Source: a virus. From it: 64,000 nucleotides of DNA. A model generated the notes under the pieces. That model saw only the letters and a program-made list of their open reading frames with translations. It was not told the DNA's origin and ran no database searches. Of this stretch, positions 20,184 through 29,361 are shown one piece after another (the stretch's first letter is position 1; the number at the start of each line of letters is the position of its first letter). The DNA lies in IMG/VR virus record IMGVR_UViG_3300036980_001087, positions 32,943 to 96,942 of that record, one strand, 5' to 3'. A program made the position numbers and the translations under genes.

Positions 20184-21911
20184 TTATTTCCATGCCTCAG
20201 GAATAGAAGCAGCATTACTAAATCTTGCCGCAACTTGCCATCCAGAGAAGCAGTCCGTTTTTATAGGAGTTGCTGTTCCAAAATCATAATTCCATAGATC
20301 TGGGGCTTCTCCTTGTATTCCGGTCCAATCAGCATTATCATGGAAACAATTTGTAAAAATAACTTCTTGGTTTAAAAATCTTGTATCCTCATCTCCCTCA
20401 TCACAAAAAATACGAGCATTAACTTGTAATTTCTTACCATATGAAAGGGCCTGTTCAAAATTAGTAGCAAGCGTATTATATTTAAATAATCCCTCAGGTA
20501 GTGTAGCTAAATCATAACATTGTATAAACGCATATCCAAAACTTAAAGCTTTAGTATTATATCTAAATAAATCAGTAGGCAGAGAGGTAATCCCTGAATT
20601 ACCAAAAGCACTATCAAAATACTCTACTTCTGTATTATATTTAAAAATATCCGCAGGAATAGTGGTTAAGTCTGGACAAACACAGAATACTCCCCAAAAA
20701 TCATTTACAATAATATTATATTTAAATAAATTAGCAGGAATAGAGGTTATTTTAGTACAACTAAAAGAACCACCAAAAGTAGTAACTTTTGTATTGTATT
20801 TAAAAATATTCTCGTTTATTGATACTATCCCTGTATTATAAAATACATTACTTAAATCCCACACTTCTGTATTATACTTAAACAATTCCTCAGGAATTGA
20901 TGTTATATTTTCACAATTAAAAAATAAACCAGCAAAATCTTCTGCTAAAACTAACGTATCCAATAGGTGTTCTGGTATTTCTGTTAATCCAGTACAATCA
21001 GAAAATGCATTATAAAATATTCTTGCATTTATATTATACTTAAATATATTTACTGGAATTGAAGTTAAAGATGTGCATTCAGAAAATATAGTATTAAAAT
21101 CTTCAGCTAATGTATTATATTTAAAAAGGTCTTCAGGTATTGATGTTAATCCAGTACATCCACTAAATACTCCAACAAAATTTATTGCATCTATATTATA
21201 CTTAAAAAGATCCTCAGGTATTGATTTTAATCTACTACATCTACTAAATGTTTCTGTAAAATCAGCTCCCGTATAATATTTAAAAAGTCGCTTAGGTATA
21301 TACTCTAAAGATTTACAATTATAAAACATTTTAGTATAATTTGTTAAAGCAGAAAGATTGGCCATAGTGCTATCTAAAGTAATAAGATTAGTACAATCTC
21401 CAAAATTCAATTTAGTTAAGCCTACAGTACCTACCACATCCCCAACTCTTGTAATCATCTTTTTAGAAAGATCATGTCCTACATAAACGAAATAGGTTTC
21501 CCAGTTAGCTCCTGTAGTGGGTTCATTTTCAGGTCTATGTTCCTCTTCCAAAATACATTCGTAAATATCTCCGTTGTCCAGAGTTATCCTATCTCCAACT
21601 AAATAATTTGAACTAAACCCAACTGGAGAATCCCAATGTATTAAATCTGGAGCTTGGTTGAAGTCTAATATTGTACATTGCCCAATAATAACTATAATTT
21701 TAGGTGTTGCATTTAAATAAGTATGGCTTATATCTTCATCATCATAAGAAGTAATTGTTGCTATGGCTGATCCGTCCCCCCAATTTACAGTAAAATCATA
21801 AGTACCATCTTCATGTAATGGGAGAGTAAATTTATAATCATCTACTGGAGTAATATATAATTTTATTCTATTTGTACTTGGGTCTATTTTAGTTGGTAAT
21901 GGACTAGACAT
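20184..21911 (-). CDS. BspA/DUF285-like leucine-rich repeat surface protein
   Basis: VNWGDGS..SHTY PKD-like start, then ~12 repeats F..C..LTSIPE.LFKYN. Confidence 0.8.
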   Translation of the reverse strand: MSSPLPTKIDPSTNRIKLYITPVDDYKFTLPLHEDGTYDFTVNWGDGSAIATITSYDDEDISHTYLNATPKIIVIIGQCTILDFNQAPDLIHWDSPVGFSSNYLVGDRITLDNGDIYECILEEEHRPENEPTTGANWETYFVYVGHDLSKKMITRVGDVVGTVGLTKLNFGDCTNLITLDSTMANLSALTNYTKMFYNCKSLEYIPKRLFKYYTGADFTETFSRCSRLKSIPEDLFKYNIDAINFVGVFSGCTGLTSIPEDLFKYNTLAEDFNTIFSECTSLTSIPVNIFKYNINARIFYNAFSDCTGLTEIPEHLLDTLVLAEDFAGLFFNCENITSIPEELFKYNTEVWDLSNVFYNTGIVSINENIFKYNTKVTTFGGSFSCTKITSIPANLFKYNIIVNDFWGVFCVCPDLTTIPADIFKYNTEVEYFDSAFGNSGITSLPTDLFRYNTKALSFGYAFIQCYDLATLPEGLFKYNTLATNFEQALSYGKKLQVNARIFCDEGDEDTRFLNQEVIFTNCFHDNADWTGIQGEAPDLWNYDFGTATPIKTDCFSGWQVAARFSNAASIPEAWK

Positions 21912-21929
21912 ACTACTCCTTATTTAATA

Positions 21930-21958
21930 GGGAGGATCCCAAAAAATGGGATCCTCCC
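21930..21958 (-). terminator. Strong hairpin / probable terminator after collagen gene
   Basis: 12-bp perfect stem GGGAGGATCCCA-AAAAA-TGGGATCCTCCC; weak U tract. Confidence 0.6.
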
Positions 21959-21974
21959 CGATTATTTCTTTAAA

Positions 21975-23741
21975 TTATCCGTCTATAAGCAAGCACTTAT
22001 AATCGGCATCATACACTGCACCGGGACCGGTCTCACCTTGAAAACCCTGGTTACCCTGGTCGCCCTGGTCTCCCTTTACTCCTTGGAAGCCTTGAGTTCC
22101 CTGGTCTCCTTGGTCACCTTGTGCTCCAGTGTCGCCCTGAGGCCCTTGAGCTCCAGTTGCACCTTGTGCGCCTTGATCTCCCTGAGGACCAACATCTCCA
22201 ACGTCTCCTGTTCTTGCAAAAGTAATTAAAATATCAGCAAGATTTGAAAAGGCAGTTAAAGATCCAGAAACATATGCACATGCAACAGTATCATACCCAG
22301 ACTTATCAGTAATTCCTCCAATAGTAAAGAGTGCAAACTGAGAAGCATCAGTTTTAAGGGAGATCTTAAAATGTCCCTTAATTGTGCTGGTGGATCCTGC
22401 TATTGTGTGCAAGAATGTTTCTATATTGGTGCTATTATCATCAACATCATCAATATGCATTGACGTTGCCAATGATAAGTCATCATTATCAAACTTTAAT
22501 TTTCCGGCTCCAGGATCAGTGTCATCATTATCCGTACTAAAGGTATAATCAAAAGTTTCTCCTCCAAAAGATCCTTGAGCGCCTTGCGCACCTTGATCTC
22601 CTTGGTCACCTTTGGCTCCCTGAAATCCTTGGGTGCCCTGATTTCCTTGAAAACCTTGGTTTCCCTGATCCCCTTGGTCACCTTGATCACCTTTGGCTCC
22701 TTCATCCCCTTGGTCGCCTTGAGGCCCTTGGGCTCCTGTTTCTCCCTGGTCGCCTTGATTACCTTGATTTCCCTTTTCCACAAATAGTTCCCAAAATAAG
22801 GGATCAACTGTAGGTTCCTCGTCAGTTGTGGCTTGAATACAAACGTATCCACTGCCATTATATTCAACACAATCATTAATACTATATACTCCCGAAACCC
22901 ATGTGCCTTTCCATACAAATCCTTCAGCATCTGCTCCTGTGGCGCCTGTTACTCCTTGAAATCCTTGAGGACCCTGAGCTCCGGTTTCACCTTGGTCTCC
23001 CTGGAAACCTTGGTCACCCTGTGCACCCGCGTCACCTTGAAAGCCTTGATTGCCCTGGTCACCCTGGTAACCCATTTCACCCTGGGGCCCATCATTTCCT
23101 TGAAATCCCTGATCTCCAGTTTCACCATCAGCTCCCTTAACAGCCATTACTTCCCAATAAGCTGTATCAACCGTGGGTTCTTCATCTGTAGTAGCTTGAA
23201 TACAAATAAAACTACTACTAAAATACTCTACAACATCATTAACAGCGTAAACTCCTGCAACCCAAGGACCTTTCCAGGTAAATCCAAGTCCCTGATATCC
23301 CTGGTCTCCTTGGAAGCCTTTAGCTCCCTGGACTCCCTGATTACCTTGATCTCCTTGGGGTCCTTGATCTCCTTGAAAACCTTGATCCCCCTGGTCCCCT
23401 TGAGTTCCTTGAGGTCCATCTTCACCTTGAGGGCCTTGGTCACCTTGTGGCCCTACTACGTCTCTAGCTTCCCAAACACCCCCTATAACATACAAAAATT
23501 CTTGAGTTGCCATATTCCATACTTGCCATCCATCTTCTGGAATATCATAGGTCCATGTTACAGGGCCAACTCCTGTACAAGTTGCAATCCAATTATCCTT
23601 ATCTGCCCATATTCCCGTCGCTCCAACACCAATTATATGACGATCTCCCTTATCGGGGGTGGAGTCAGGAGTTACAAGTACATCAAGGACTGGAGGTTGC
23701 CATGAAAATGTCTCTAAAACTGGTATTCTATACTGTGCCAT
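21975..23741 (-). CDS. Collagen triple-helix fibre protein with N-terminal DUF2793-like domain
   Basis: Four G-X-Y blocks (GDQ/GFQ/GPQ), two repeated WKG.W..GVY..ND.VEY..S...CIQATTDEEPTVD modules; N-terminus paralogous to 19608. Confidence 0.85.
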   Translation of the reverse strand: MAQYRIPVLETFSWQPPVLDVLVTPDSTPDKGDRHIIGVGATGIWADKDNWIATCTGVGPVTWTYDIPEDGWQVWNMATQEFLYVIGGVWEARDVVGPQGDQGPQGEDGPQGTQGDQGDQGFQGDQGPQGDQGNQGVQGAKGFQGDQGYQGLGFTWKGPWVAGVYAVNDVVEYFSSSFICIQATTDEEPTVDTAYWEVMAVKGADGETGDQGFQGNDGPQGEMGYQGDQGNQGFQGDAGAQGDQGFQGDQGETGAQGPQGFQGVTGATGADAEGFVWKGTWVSGVYSINDCVEYNGSGYVCIQATTDEEPTVDPLFWELFVEKGNQGNQGDQGETGAQGPQGDQGDEGAKGDQGDQGDQGNQGFQGNQGTQGFQGAKGDQGDQGAQGAQGSFGGETFDYTFSTDNDDTDPGAGKLKFDNDDLSLATSMHIDDVDDNSTNIETFLHTIAGSTSTIKGHFKISLKTDASQFALFTIGGITDKSGYDTVACAYVSGSLTAFSNLADILITFARTGDVGDVGPQGDQGAQGATGAQGPQGDTGAQGDQGDQGTQGFQGVKGDQGDQGNQGFQGETGPGAVYDADYKCLLIDG

Positions 23742-23810
23742 TTTGTTTCTCCTTTATTATATTACTTCTAAAACAAAGCTCAGAACCCTCTGAGTAATCT
23801 ACACATATAC

Positions 23811-24056
23811 TTATGGTTCAGTTACAACATATGCTTTAAACGGGGCTACATACTCCATAACCCTCGGAATTGCTAGTGGATCAGCATGCACATGGCTATT
23901 TGGATCTACTGGGCCCGCTGCTCCTTGCGGACCTTGTGGTCCAGTTGCCCCAGATGTAGTTATTCCTACCCTAATAATTTCAACCTCATTCATTGTAATA
24001 TGAATAGGTTGGGCTTCTGTTATTGTTACAAATATTTGATCAGTACTATCTGGCAT
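23811..24056 (-). CDS. Small collagen-motif protein
   Basis: GATGPQGPQGAAG. Confidence 0.6.
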   Translation of the reverse strand: MPDSTDQIFVTITEAQPIHITMNEVEIIRVGITTSGATGPQGPQGAAGPVDPNSHVHADPLAIPRVMEYVAPFKAYVVTEP

Positions 24057-24060
24057 ATAA

Positions 24061-24411
24061 TTAAGAAGTACGTTTTGTAGCGTCTGCGTTAAAAGTAATT
24101 ACTCCTGCAACTATGGTCTCTACTACTGTCCCATGTTTAATCTGGATATCATAATAATAATCACCCAGTAAATTAGTATCTGCTGGAAGTAAATTTATGG
24201 TTGTCTTTCCATGGGTAGGATCTGTGTGCACAGTAATGGTTTTTACTATTTGAGCATGTGTATCGTCGGCAGCCTCTAAGTTATCTGTAACTGTGAAGAA
24301 TACAGTCCATCCAGTTATATCTTTAGCCACTCCAGAGCCATCTGTAAACTCTAATAAATAAGACTTACTATCTCCCCTGGTAATTTCTAAATTTTCACTT
24401 TGAACAGACAT
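24061..24411 (-). CDS. BppU-N-like Ig domain protein (fibre attachment)
   Basis: LEITRGDS, DITGWTVFFTV, G.YYYDIQ. Confidence 0.6.
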   Translation of the reverse strand: MSVQSENLEITRGDSKSYLLEFTDGSGVAKDITGWTVFFTVTDNLEAADDTHAQIVKTITVHTDPTHGKTTINLLPADTNLLGDYYYDIQIKHGTVVETIVAGVITFNADATKRTS

Positions 24412-24460
24412 AACTCCACCTCTATGTTTAAAATTTTAGCTCGCTACCTATCTTACTTAT

Positions 24461-24546
24461 TTCAGCCCTAACTAGGGTCAATGAAAAGGATCAAGTCCCG
24501 TTGCAGAAGGCCCTGTCATGAACAGGATTTTCGGCAGCAAGCTGAA
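24461..24546. ncRNA. Possible multi-branched structured RNA in leader of structural operon
   Basis: Closing TTCAGC/GCTGAA, inner stems CCCT/AGGG, GGA/TCC, TTGC/GCAA with nested CCTGT/ACAGG. Confidence 0.3.
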
Positions 24547-24572
24547 TCTAATAATTCTCTTTTTCCTCTATA

Positions 24573-24586
24573 ATTGAAAACTACTC
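24573..24586 (-). promoter_or_regulatory. Candidate late promoter at head of structural arm (GAGTAGTTTTCAAT)
   Basis: GTTTTCAAT core as at 7203 and 14777. Confidence 0.45.
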
Positions 24587-24599
24587 TATATATAATAAT

Positions 24600-25120
24600 T
24601 GGGTAATAAAACCTCTTTATTTTAAAGGGGTTGCGCCTAACTTTATTATCTGTAAAAACAGGCCCCCTCCGGGGTCCCCTCATTAAGCAATCTTAAGCCC
24701 CCTTTCTACAACCGGGTTGCTTAATTTGCTTATTAGGGACTCTTTATTCAAGGCATATACCCCCTTTCAAGCTTAGATACTATAACCACCTATATTAATT
24801 GCGCTCAAATACTATTCATGTCTAACATTTAAGCACAAACTAATTCTACAAATAGATAAAATTATCTATATACAGAATCCTACTTACGGGAGGGTACCCT
24901 TAAATAAGTCCCTAAGGGATCCTAAAATAGGCCCAGTTAAGGCTAGGGAGCTTATTGCAGCCCCTAATTAGAGATACTAGTGCCAGGGTAAGGTTTGAAA
25001 ATTCATTAGTAGGTAAGTTCAAGATGGATGATACTATGTAAATTTAAAATATAATTCCATTTGTAAAGATACTAACCTATTGATATATAACAACTTACAA
25101 CAACAAAATATTTTACTTAT
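24600..25120. other. Palindrome-rich non-coding region at transcription switch (candidate origin or genome-end/packaging region)
   Basis: No credible ORF; IR ATTAAGCAA (24682-90) / TTGCTTAAT (24717-25), palindrome AGGGTACCCT (24891-900); coding strand flips here. Confidence 0.4.
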
Positions 25121-25124
25121 TTAT

Positions 25125-25152
25125 TTGACAAAACAATTTTTTGTGCTATACT
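25125..25152 (+). promoter_or_regulatory. Early sigma70-type promoter
   Basis: TTGACA-N16-TATACT with extended -10 TG, heads the right arm. Confidence 0.75.
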
Positions 25153-25250
25153 TTCTATGTTGCCAAAACAACAAAAAAACAAAAAAACAGGCAACCAGCA
25201 AGGCTATATTATAACCCAACCCAAAGCAACAAAACAGAAAGGATATTACT

Positions 25251-25544
25251 ATGAAAACGCTCATAGAGCAAAAATACAAGTATATATACCAAGACGATAG
25301 AGCAACCCGCAGGACACACCAGTTTGAATACTGGGAAGCCGTAGAAGAAGAGAAAATTGAGATAGAAAACTTCGTGAAGAAGTTAGATAACAATATAGAA
25401 GACAAGTGGTTACAAGACTACCTCAAGAATTACTACCAAGTGCCAGCACTTGACGGACAGACTAATGTAGACTATATGATAGCGAGATGTGAGAGATTAT
25501 ACACTTGGGAAGAGATGGAACACTCTTGGAAGAGCAAGAAGTAA
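25251..25544 (+). CDS. First early hypothetical protein
   Basis: AAAGGA RBS, 97 aa. Confidence 0.6.
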   Translation: MKTLIEQKYKYIYQDDRATRRTHQFEYWEAVEEEKIEIENFVKKLDNNIEDKWLQDYLKNYYQVPALDGQTNVDYMIARCERLYTWEEMEHSWKSKK

Positions 25545-25570
25545 AGCAACCAATGAGGAGGGCAGTAGTT

Positions 25571-25771
25571 ATGAAGAAAGAGAAAGACAGACCAGCAAGC
25601 AAGTTTGAAGAAGAATACGCAAAGTTTACAGGATGTAAGAGGGAAGAACCAAGACAGCACAAGCAGTACATACATCTAAGGTATACACTCGGATGGATCA
25701 CCATAAGTATATACAGATTAGGGCAGAGGTTTAGCGTAAGACTTGAGATAGCAAGAGGATGGAATAACTAA
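25571..25771 (+). CDS. Early hypothetical protein
   Basis: GAGGAGG RBS before MKKEKDRP. Confidence 0.55.
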   Translation: MKKEKDRPASKFEEEYAKFTGCKREEPRQHKQYIHLRYTLGWITISIYRLGQRFSVRLEIARGWNN

Positions 25772-25861
25772 GGAGGACAAGATGAATAAGACAATGGTAT
25801 GGAGATGGAAGTTAGCGACTATCGAAGCGGGAGTGGACCATCTAATAGACTGGAGGACAGA

Positions 25862-26074
25862 ATGATTACCAAGATCATCGAGCCGAGAATGTTTGTAAGT
25901 AGCACTGGGGTAAAGAGTTTCGATATTGTCCAGCTTACCAAGTATGGCACACGCACAATATCCAGAGCAACACTTGCTTCAGGCTTAGACTTCAACCAGG
26001 CAGTAACCTATGCGGAAGGCATAGCCAAGGAAGTAAGCACATACCAAGCGATGAAAGGAGACCACAATGTATAA
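25862..26074 (+). CDS. Early hypothetical protein
   Basis: GGAGG RBS before MITKIIE. Confidence 0.55.
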   Translation: MITKIIEPRMFVSSTGVKSFDIVQLTKYGTRTISRATLASGLDFNQAVTYAEGIAKEVSTYQAMKGDHNV

Positions 26075-26393
26075 GTTAAGCGCAATGGGTAGACTCAATT
26101 CACATTCACGCAAGGTCCAGATCTGTTCACCTAAGATGATGGCCCTTAAGTATAAGATGACCAAGAGTGCCTGTGAAGTTCCACCTAAGTTCGACACCGA
26201 CTGGATGCTCGAGTCTCTTAGGAGATTAAAGAAGAATGGTAACATACCGGAGCAATGGATGGACCAGAATAGAAAGACACCGGCTGAAGTGCAGAGATCA
26301 GCGAGAGTGCTACACTTTCACGGATCATATGCTGGAGATGGTAACAAGATCAAGGGCTGGGACAAGCTGAATGGAATGGTAGTTCCAACATAG
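26067..26393 (+). CDS. Early hypothetical protein
   Basis: AAGGAG RBS, 108 aa. Confidence 0.55.
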   Translation: MYKLSAMGRLNSHSRKVQICSPKMMALKYKMTKSACEVPPKFDTDWMLESLRRLKKNGNIPEQWMDQNRKTPAEVQRSARVLHFHGSYAGDGNKIKGWDKLNGMVVPT

Positions 26394-26402
26394 GAGGAGA
26401 AG

Positions 26403-26471
26403 ATGTTAGAGCTTATAGGGTTAATTATACTATTACCCTTGGCAATATGGATTGCCAATACACTACCATAA
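26403..26471 (+). CDS. 22-aa hydrophobic micropeptide
   Basis: AGGAGG RBS; MLELIGLIILLPLAIWIANTLP. Confidence 0.5.
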   Translation: MLELIGLIILLPLAIWIANTLP

Positions 26472-26481
26472 GGAGGAGCCT

Positions 26482-26568
26482 ATGCATTGGTCCACAGGAG
26501 TAGTAATAGTATTTGTAACCTTGAAGGTATTGCTGATACTAGGGTTAGTAGCGGCACTATTCTTCTAA
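26482..26568 (+). CDS. 28-aa hydrophobic micropeptide
   Basis: AGGAGG RBS; MHWSTGVVIVFVTLKVLLILGLVAALFF. Confidence 0.5.
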   Translation: MHWSTGVVIVFVTLKVLLILGLVAALFF

Positions 26569-26583
26569 TAAAAGGAGCCGGAG

Positions 26584-26760
26584 ATGGCACAGGTAAAAGT
26601 GCTGGTCAATGATGGTGCGAGTAAAAGGAAAGAAGTAGAAGCAGAGCTGCTACAAACTAGAGCCACTACACTCTTGGTAAGATTGCCTGACGGAAAGGTA
26701 ATCACCAGAAAAAAGAAAAGAGATCTGCCTAACTCGGAGGTGTCTAATGGCAAAGCGTAA
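26584..26760 (+). CDS. 58-aa hypothetical protein
   Basis: AAGGAG RBS; MAQVKVLVNDG... Confidence 0.5.
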   Translation: MAQVKVLVNDGASKRKEVEAELLQTRATTLLVRLPDGKVITRKKKRDLPNSEVSNGKA

Positions 26761-26965
26761 TAGAAACCACGACATCGTTGAAGAGCTTTACTTCTCACAC
26801 GATAATCCGGATGCATATCGTGAGAAGATAGATCCTGAAGTAAGCTTACTCAATACCATCATCAATGATGGAGAAGAAAGCGCAAGGGAAGTATTTGGGG
26901 ACGACAAGGTAGATCGTGCCCTGGTAAGAAACCATCTTGCTCGGAGTTACAATCCGAACATATAG
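26747..26965 (+). CDS. Hypothetical protein
   Basis: GGAGG RBS, 72 aa. Confidence 0.55.
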   Translation: MAKRNRNHDIVEELYFSHDNPDAYREKIDPEVSLLNTIINDGEESAREVFGDDKVDRALVRNHLARSYNPNI

Positions 26966-26976
26966 AGGAGGCTAAG

Positions 26977-27159
26977 ATGGAAAAGAAAATTGAGATGATA
27001 AAAGCAAGGTTGAGATTAGCAGAGGATCACCTCTTTAACTACACTTCTCATATGTCAGAGTGTGATAGAACAGAACACCACATCTTTGAGGAGGCAATTG
27101 TAGGATTAAGAAAAGAGATAGCGGTCCTTAAATGGACGCTTAAGGTCCTGGGGGGCTAA
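26977..27159 (+). CDS. Hypothetical coiled-coil protein
   Basis: GGAGG RBS, 60 aa. Confidence 0.55.
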   Translation: MEKKIEMIKARLRLAEDHLFNYTSHMSECDRTEHHIFEEAIVGLRKEIAVLKWTLKVLGG

Positions 27160-27708
27160 ATGACTTGGAAAGAGTTTTATAAGTCTAGAGTAACAAGTGT
27201 AGAATATGAAAATTACTTTATAGATAAATATTCTATATTCTTGGATACTCTAGACTGCCAAGTAGGAAAGTCTTTTCTGGAAGTGGGATGTGGCACAGGG
27301 CTAGTTACTAAGCTAATCTATCATCCAAAAAGAACATTCACTCTTATGGATAATGATAGAGCAATGTTAGGACTAGCAAAGAATAGGTTACAGCCATTGC
27401 CCATATCTTATATCTGTAAAGATATTAGAGCTCCATTACATCAGCATTATGATGTAATATATTCTCACGGAGTGCTAGAACATTTATCTTTAACAGAATG
27501 TAAGAGGATCATACGCAATCAACTATCAGTAAGTAATACGCTAGTGCATTATGTTCCTACTGATGGCTATAACGAGCCTAGCTTTGGAGATGAAAATTTA
27601 TTAGCCAAAGAGGTATGGGATGGTGCACTATACCCAACAAAGAGTATAGCCTTTAATGGGTTTAAAGACTTGCTCTTAATCTGGGAGAAAGGAAAAGATG
27701 GGACTTAA
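27160..27708 (+). CDS. Class I SAM-dependent methyltransferase
   Basis: FLEVGCGTG, MDND..ML, YDVIYSHGVLEH. Confidence 0.85.
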   Translation: MTWKEFYKSRVTSVEYENYFIDKYSIFLDTLDCQVGKSFLEVGCGTGLVTKLIYHPKRTFTLMDNDRAMLGLAKNRLQPLPISYICKDIRAPLHQHYDVIYSHGVLEHLSLTECKRIIRNQLSVSNTLVHYVPTDGYNEPSFGDENLLAKEVWDGALYPTKSIAFNGFKDLLLIWEKGKDGT

Positions 27709-28367
27709 AGAGAATCAAGAGAAGCAAAAGACCAGGCACGATGTGATCTTGATATTTGGGAACAATACGGTCAATAGAGAGGGTGAAGTCTATGTGCCTG
27801 TAATTGGAGACGAAGTACAAACTCCTCTCTGTAGAGGTAAGATTATATGGAGAGAGAAAACTCCATCTGGCTGGAGAGTAGGAGTGAAATTGCCTGATAG
27901 TTTCGTTCCATCAGGAACGTTAGACTAGGAGGGAATATGAGTTATGATGAAGATCGCTATAGTGAACTTCCTCCTGAAGGTAAGGAGTTAGTGGATGCTC
28001 TTGTTGCGGATAGTCTTAAGCGCCTTATGAAACAAGCTGGTATAGAGGGCACAGAGGACGTATTCCGGAGAGTATATAAAGAACAACCTATCATTCTAAA
28101 TCGCTTTCAGGAGATTTATGATAGGCTAATAGGGAGGATAAAGAAATGATCTTTACAGGAGTAAGATATATTCTATTTAACGGAGATCACAAGAATATAG
28201 TTTCAGATTCTAAATCTGATTCTATGGAACGCAATACACTCTCTGGAATAGAAAAAGTTAGAAGGTTACATATTGCTGATGATCTTTTTTATACCAAAGG
28301 TAGGATAAAAGAGGTAATCATCAAAACAACTGATGGTAAAAAATTTATAATTCCATCAGGAATATAG
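27698..28367 (+). CDS. Three small hypothetical proteins (27698-27928, 27937-28149, 28146-28367)
   Basis: Tightly packed, RBS-preceded ORFs. Confidence 0.5.
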
Positions 28368-28497
28368 GAGGAAAAATGAGACACTTCATCAACTTCTTGA
28401 ACTTCGTGTATCGTCACACAATCAGAAGTAGGGATTATAGAAGCATAGCAAGAGTAATAGGTTTAGGTATAGAGATCTATTACTAGAAAGGAAAGAA

Positions 28498-28755
28498 ATG
28501 GACCTAGAAATTAAATGTTCAGCCTATAAGTGCCATTGCACTATGGGAGTGCACGATGAGACCTATTGTGCAGATTGCTACAACGAACAAGGAAATCAGC
28601 TAGAGGAGTTTAAGAAAGACAACGAGACTAAAGAGGCTGATATAGATTCACTAAAATATACAATAGAGGCTTTAGAATTAAAGATCAGCGATCTAAAGGA
28701 AGTAATAAAGAACTGCACAACTTGCTCAGCTATTCTAGTAGCTAAAAACCTATAG
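28498..28755 (+). CDS. Zn-finger/coiled-coil protein, C-terminal tag ...ILVAKNL
   Basis: C-x4-C...CADC, coiled coil, CTTC. Confidence 0.55.
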   Translation: MDLEIKCSAYKCHCTMGVHDETYCADCYNEQGNQLEEFKKDNETKEADIDSLKYTIEALELKISDLKEVIKNCTTCSAILVAKNL

Positions 28756-28766
28756 AGAGGAGAAAA

Positions 28767-28997
28767 ATGCTAATCTATGTTAAATCCCCATATAAACAAC
28801 ATACCTTAATACTGGGGAAAATCCAGGAAATAACATATACCTTTGGTAAAGCTTATCCTTGGCGGATCAAAGTAGTTTGTCAAGAGAATAGTGGACTAGA
28901 AATTAATGTGGGGAGTATAATTACCTGCGTATCATTACGTGCCTTAAGCTTTATTAGACTAAGAAAGGAGAAAACGTGGAACGTAAGGAGTTTATAA
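28767..28997 (+). CDS. Hypothetical protein
   Basis: GAGGAG RBS, 76 aa. Confidence 0.5.
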   Translation: MLIYVKSPYKQHTLILGKIQEITYTFGKAYPWRIKVVCQENSGLEINVGSIITCVSLRALSFIRLRKEKTWNVRSL

Positions 28998-29338
28998 TTG
29001 AATTGCTAGCGCTACAAATGGAGGATGAGAAAATCGTTCTAGTAACAAAAGCGGGTTATCCTGAATCAACTGAGGAAGAAATCAAGAATCAACTGGCAGT
29101 AGCTAAGTCAGAAATTAGAAAGGAGGAAAAAGACCAACCAGATAAGATCATTGATCCTATTGAAAAATCTGATGTTCCTACTATACACCATATTTTGATC
29201 GGAGGGTTGAGAGAAAACAAAACCAACTCACAGCTCTTGGATGATCTGAAGAAACATCATTCAACCGTAGACGAAAAGAAATTGAAACAACGAGTCTACG
29301 AATATCGCTATCACTATAATCACGGTAAGATCAAATAA
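28976..29338 (+). CDS. Hypothetical protein; C-terminal helical domain resembles 59967-60134
   Basis: HILIGGLRENKTNSQLLDDLKKHHSTVDEKKLK vs SIIKNGFFQGKNSIQVFLMVKDQYPHYDDKKLR. Confidence 0.55.
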   Translation: MERKEFIIELLALQMEDEKIVLVTKAGYPESTEEEIKNQLAVAKSEIRKEEKDQPDKIIDPIEKSDVPTIHHILIGGLRENKTNSQLLDDLKKHHSTVDEKKLKQRVYEYRYHYNHGKIK

Positions 29339-29361
29339 TCCACCATAACATAGGAGGACCT

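Noticed and set aside
20184-23741. Periodic nucleotide repeats as a CRISPR array or DGR template
   Set aside because: They are coding LRR and collagen repeats; no constant repeat-spacer structure, no reverse transcriptase, no adenine-specific TR/VR pair seen.
22038-23797. Long plus-strand ORFs (e.g. 22833-23705)
   Set aside because: Antisense shadows of the collagen G-X-Y repeats; no RBS, low-complexity translation.
24436-24480. Resemblance of minus-strand TAGGTAGCGAG to the 3' side of the c-di-GMP-I riboswitch
   Set aside because: GCAAA.../GNRA/GACGCAAAGC core not present.
25251-27190. T4-like N-terminal capsid-targeting sequence (MKTLIEQ, MTWKEFY)
   Set aside because: Only two weak instances; no consistent motif.
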